A stretch of DNA of 64,000 nt from Azolla caroliniana (taxonomy: Eukaryota; Plantae; Polypodiophyta), in contig JBHGNT010000009.1 of assembly GCA_043228905.1 (NCBI GenBank), forward strand, positions 10,540,001 through 10,604,000. Reading direction: 5' to 3'. The notes under the pieces were generated by a model that was given only the letters and a program-made list of their open reading frames with translations, had not been told where the DNA came from and made no database searches. Shown piece by piece: positions 63,241 through 64,000 of the stretch (positions are counted from its first letter, which is position 1; each line of letters begins with the position of its first letter). Position numbers and translations under genes: made by a program.

Positions 63241-64000
63241 AGACGGGCCGGTTTTCTCAGTCCCAACTCTCTTGGCGCATACCGGAGGATGCGCGGTTAG
63301 GTGGGGGCGGATGTCGTGAAGAAAACCGTCCATAGGCGGAATCGGCGCACCTAGGCGTGGGAACCGGTTCTTCACGCGCGCAAGCTCCAAGTTGTACGAA
63401 GAAGCGAGTTAGGAGGATAATCGGCAGGAACGGGCCCTAACATAGGTGGAGACAAAGACCGCGCGAACAGTCTTTTCGGTCGCGCGCGCGAGCTAAAGGA
63501 CGGCCTGCTCGTCGGGCTATATAAGAGCAGGAAAGAGCTGTTGCAGGGGGATATATCGCGCGGAGAGGACGAAGTGCTGTCGGACCGTTTCTGGACGCTT
63601 CTCTCTCTCTGTTTCCTTCCTTCTTGAGCTCCATAGCTTTCTGTGCAGGGTTCCGAGGAGGCTCGCGCTGTTTCGAGGAACGCCCGAGTGCTTCCGGCAG
63701 CACCTCCAACCTGCTAACCCCCTTGCCCTGTTTTGTGCGTCGAAGCGAGCAGGCATCGGCATCTGTTCGCCGGCCTGTTCGGTTGTAACCAACCTGTGCC
63801 CCATCGAGGGTTGTAGTAGTGTTAGCCATTTTCTTAATATACATATTAAGTCATTCGCATCTGTCTGTGTCGGTGTCTGTTCGCGTTCTCCGTGCTGAAG
63901 GGCCGTGTCCCTGTGTATCCCCGGTCCTGCGTAGCCGGTTCTCTCTCTTTCTCCTCCCTCGCTTGCTCTTTGGTTCGAGACCCCCGCGGTCCCGCCTCGA

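Larger units (their letters stand above)
56878..64000 (+). mobile_element. Young, intact non-chromovirus Ty3/Gypsy element; 5' LTR 56878-57596 (719 bp), 3' LTR from 63312 to beyond the window
   Basis: TGTCG...CGACA termini. The LTRs look nearly identical by eye (one substitution noticed). Trp PBS 57601-57618, PPT GGTGGGGGCGGA 63300-63311, uninterrupted gag-pro and pol ORFs. Confidence 0.97.

Noticed and set aside
57796-63390. Many long antisense and alternate-frame ORFs over gag and pol
   Set aside because: Shadow ORFs of a GC-rich coding region with no independent motifs.

Overview
Eukaryotic plant genomic DNA, most likely a non-seed plant (fern, lycophyte or bryophyte; inferred from the TE lineages). 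Most of the window is nested transposable elements. Two intact-looking, intron-containing host genes lie on the + strand: a plant TOM20 (6 exons, 26099-29231) and a SWEET sugar transporter (6 exons, 35684-37143). The TE stack includes several Ty1/Copia elements and solo LTRs, two Tcn1-like chromoviruses, LINE fragments, a hAT transposase relic, a MULE-like element and a Ulp1-protease-bearing DNA-TE relic. The most interesting system is a tRNA-Trp-primed non-chromovirus Gypsy family present three times: a very young, intact autonomous copy (56878 to the window end), a Gag-only non-autonomous partner (45119-53760) and an LTR fragment (3240). All three insertions sit directly after ACGT inside Copia sequence, and the one with both ends visible has a 4-bp TSD. 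The family shares an 18-nt Trp PBS, an unusual PPT, a covarying hairpin and a U5 motif, and the autonomous copy has a G-GAU-UUU plus pseudoknot -1 frameshift signal. The two chromoviruses show covarying self-priming PBSs and a second frameshift pseudoknot. All coordinates were read by eye and may be off by a few nt.
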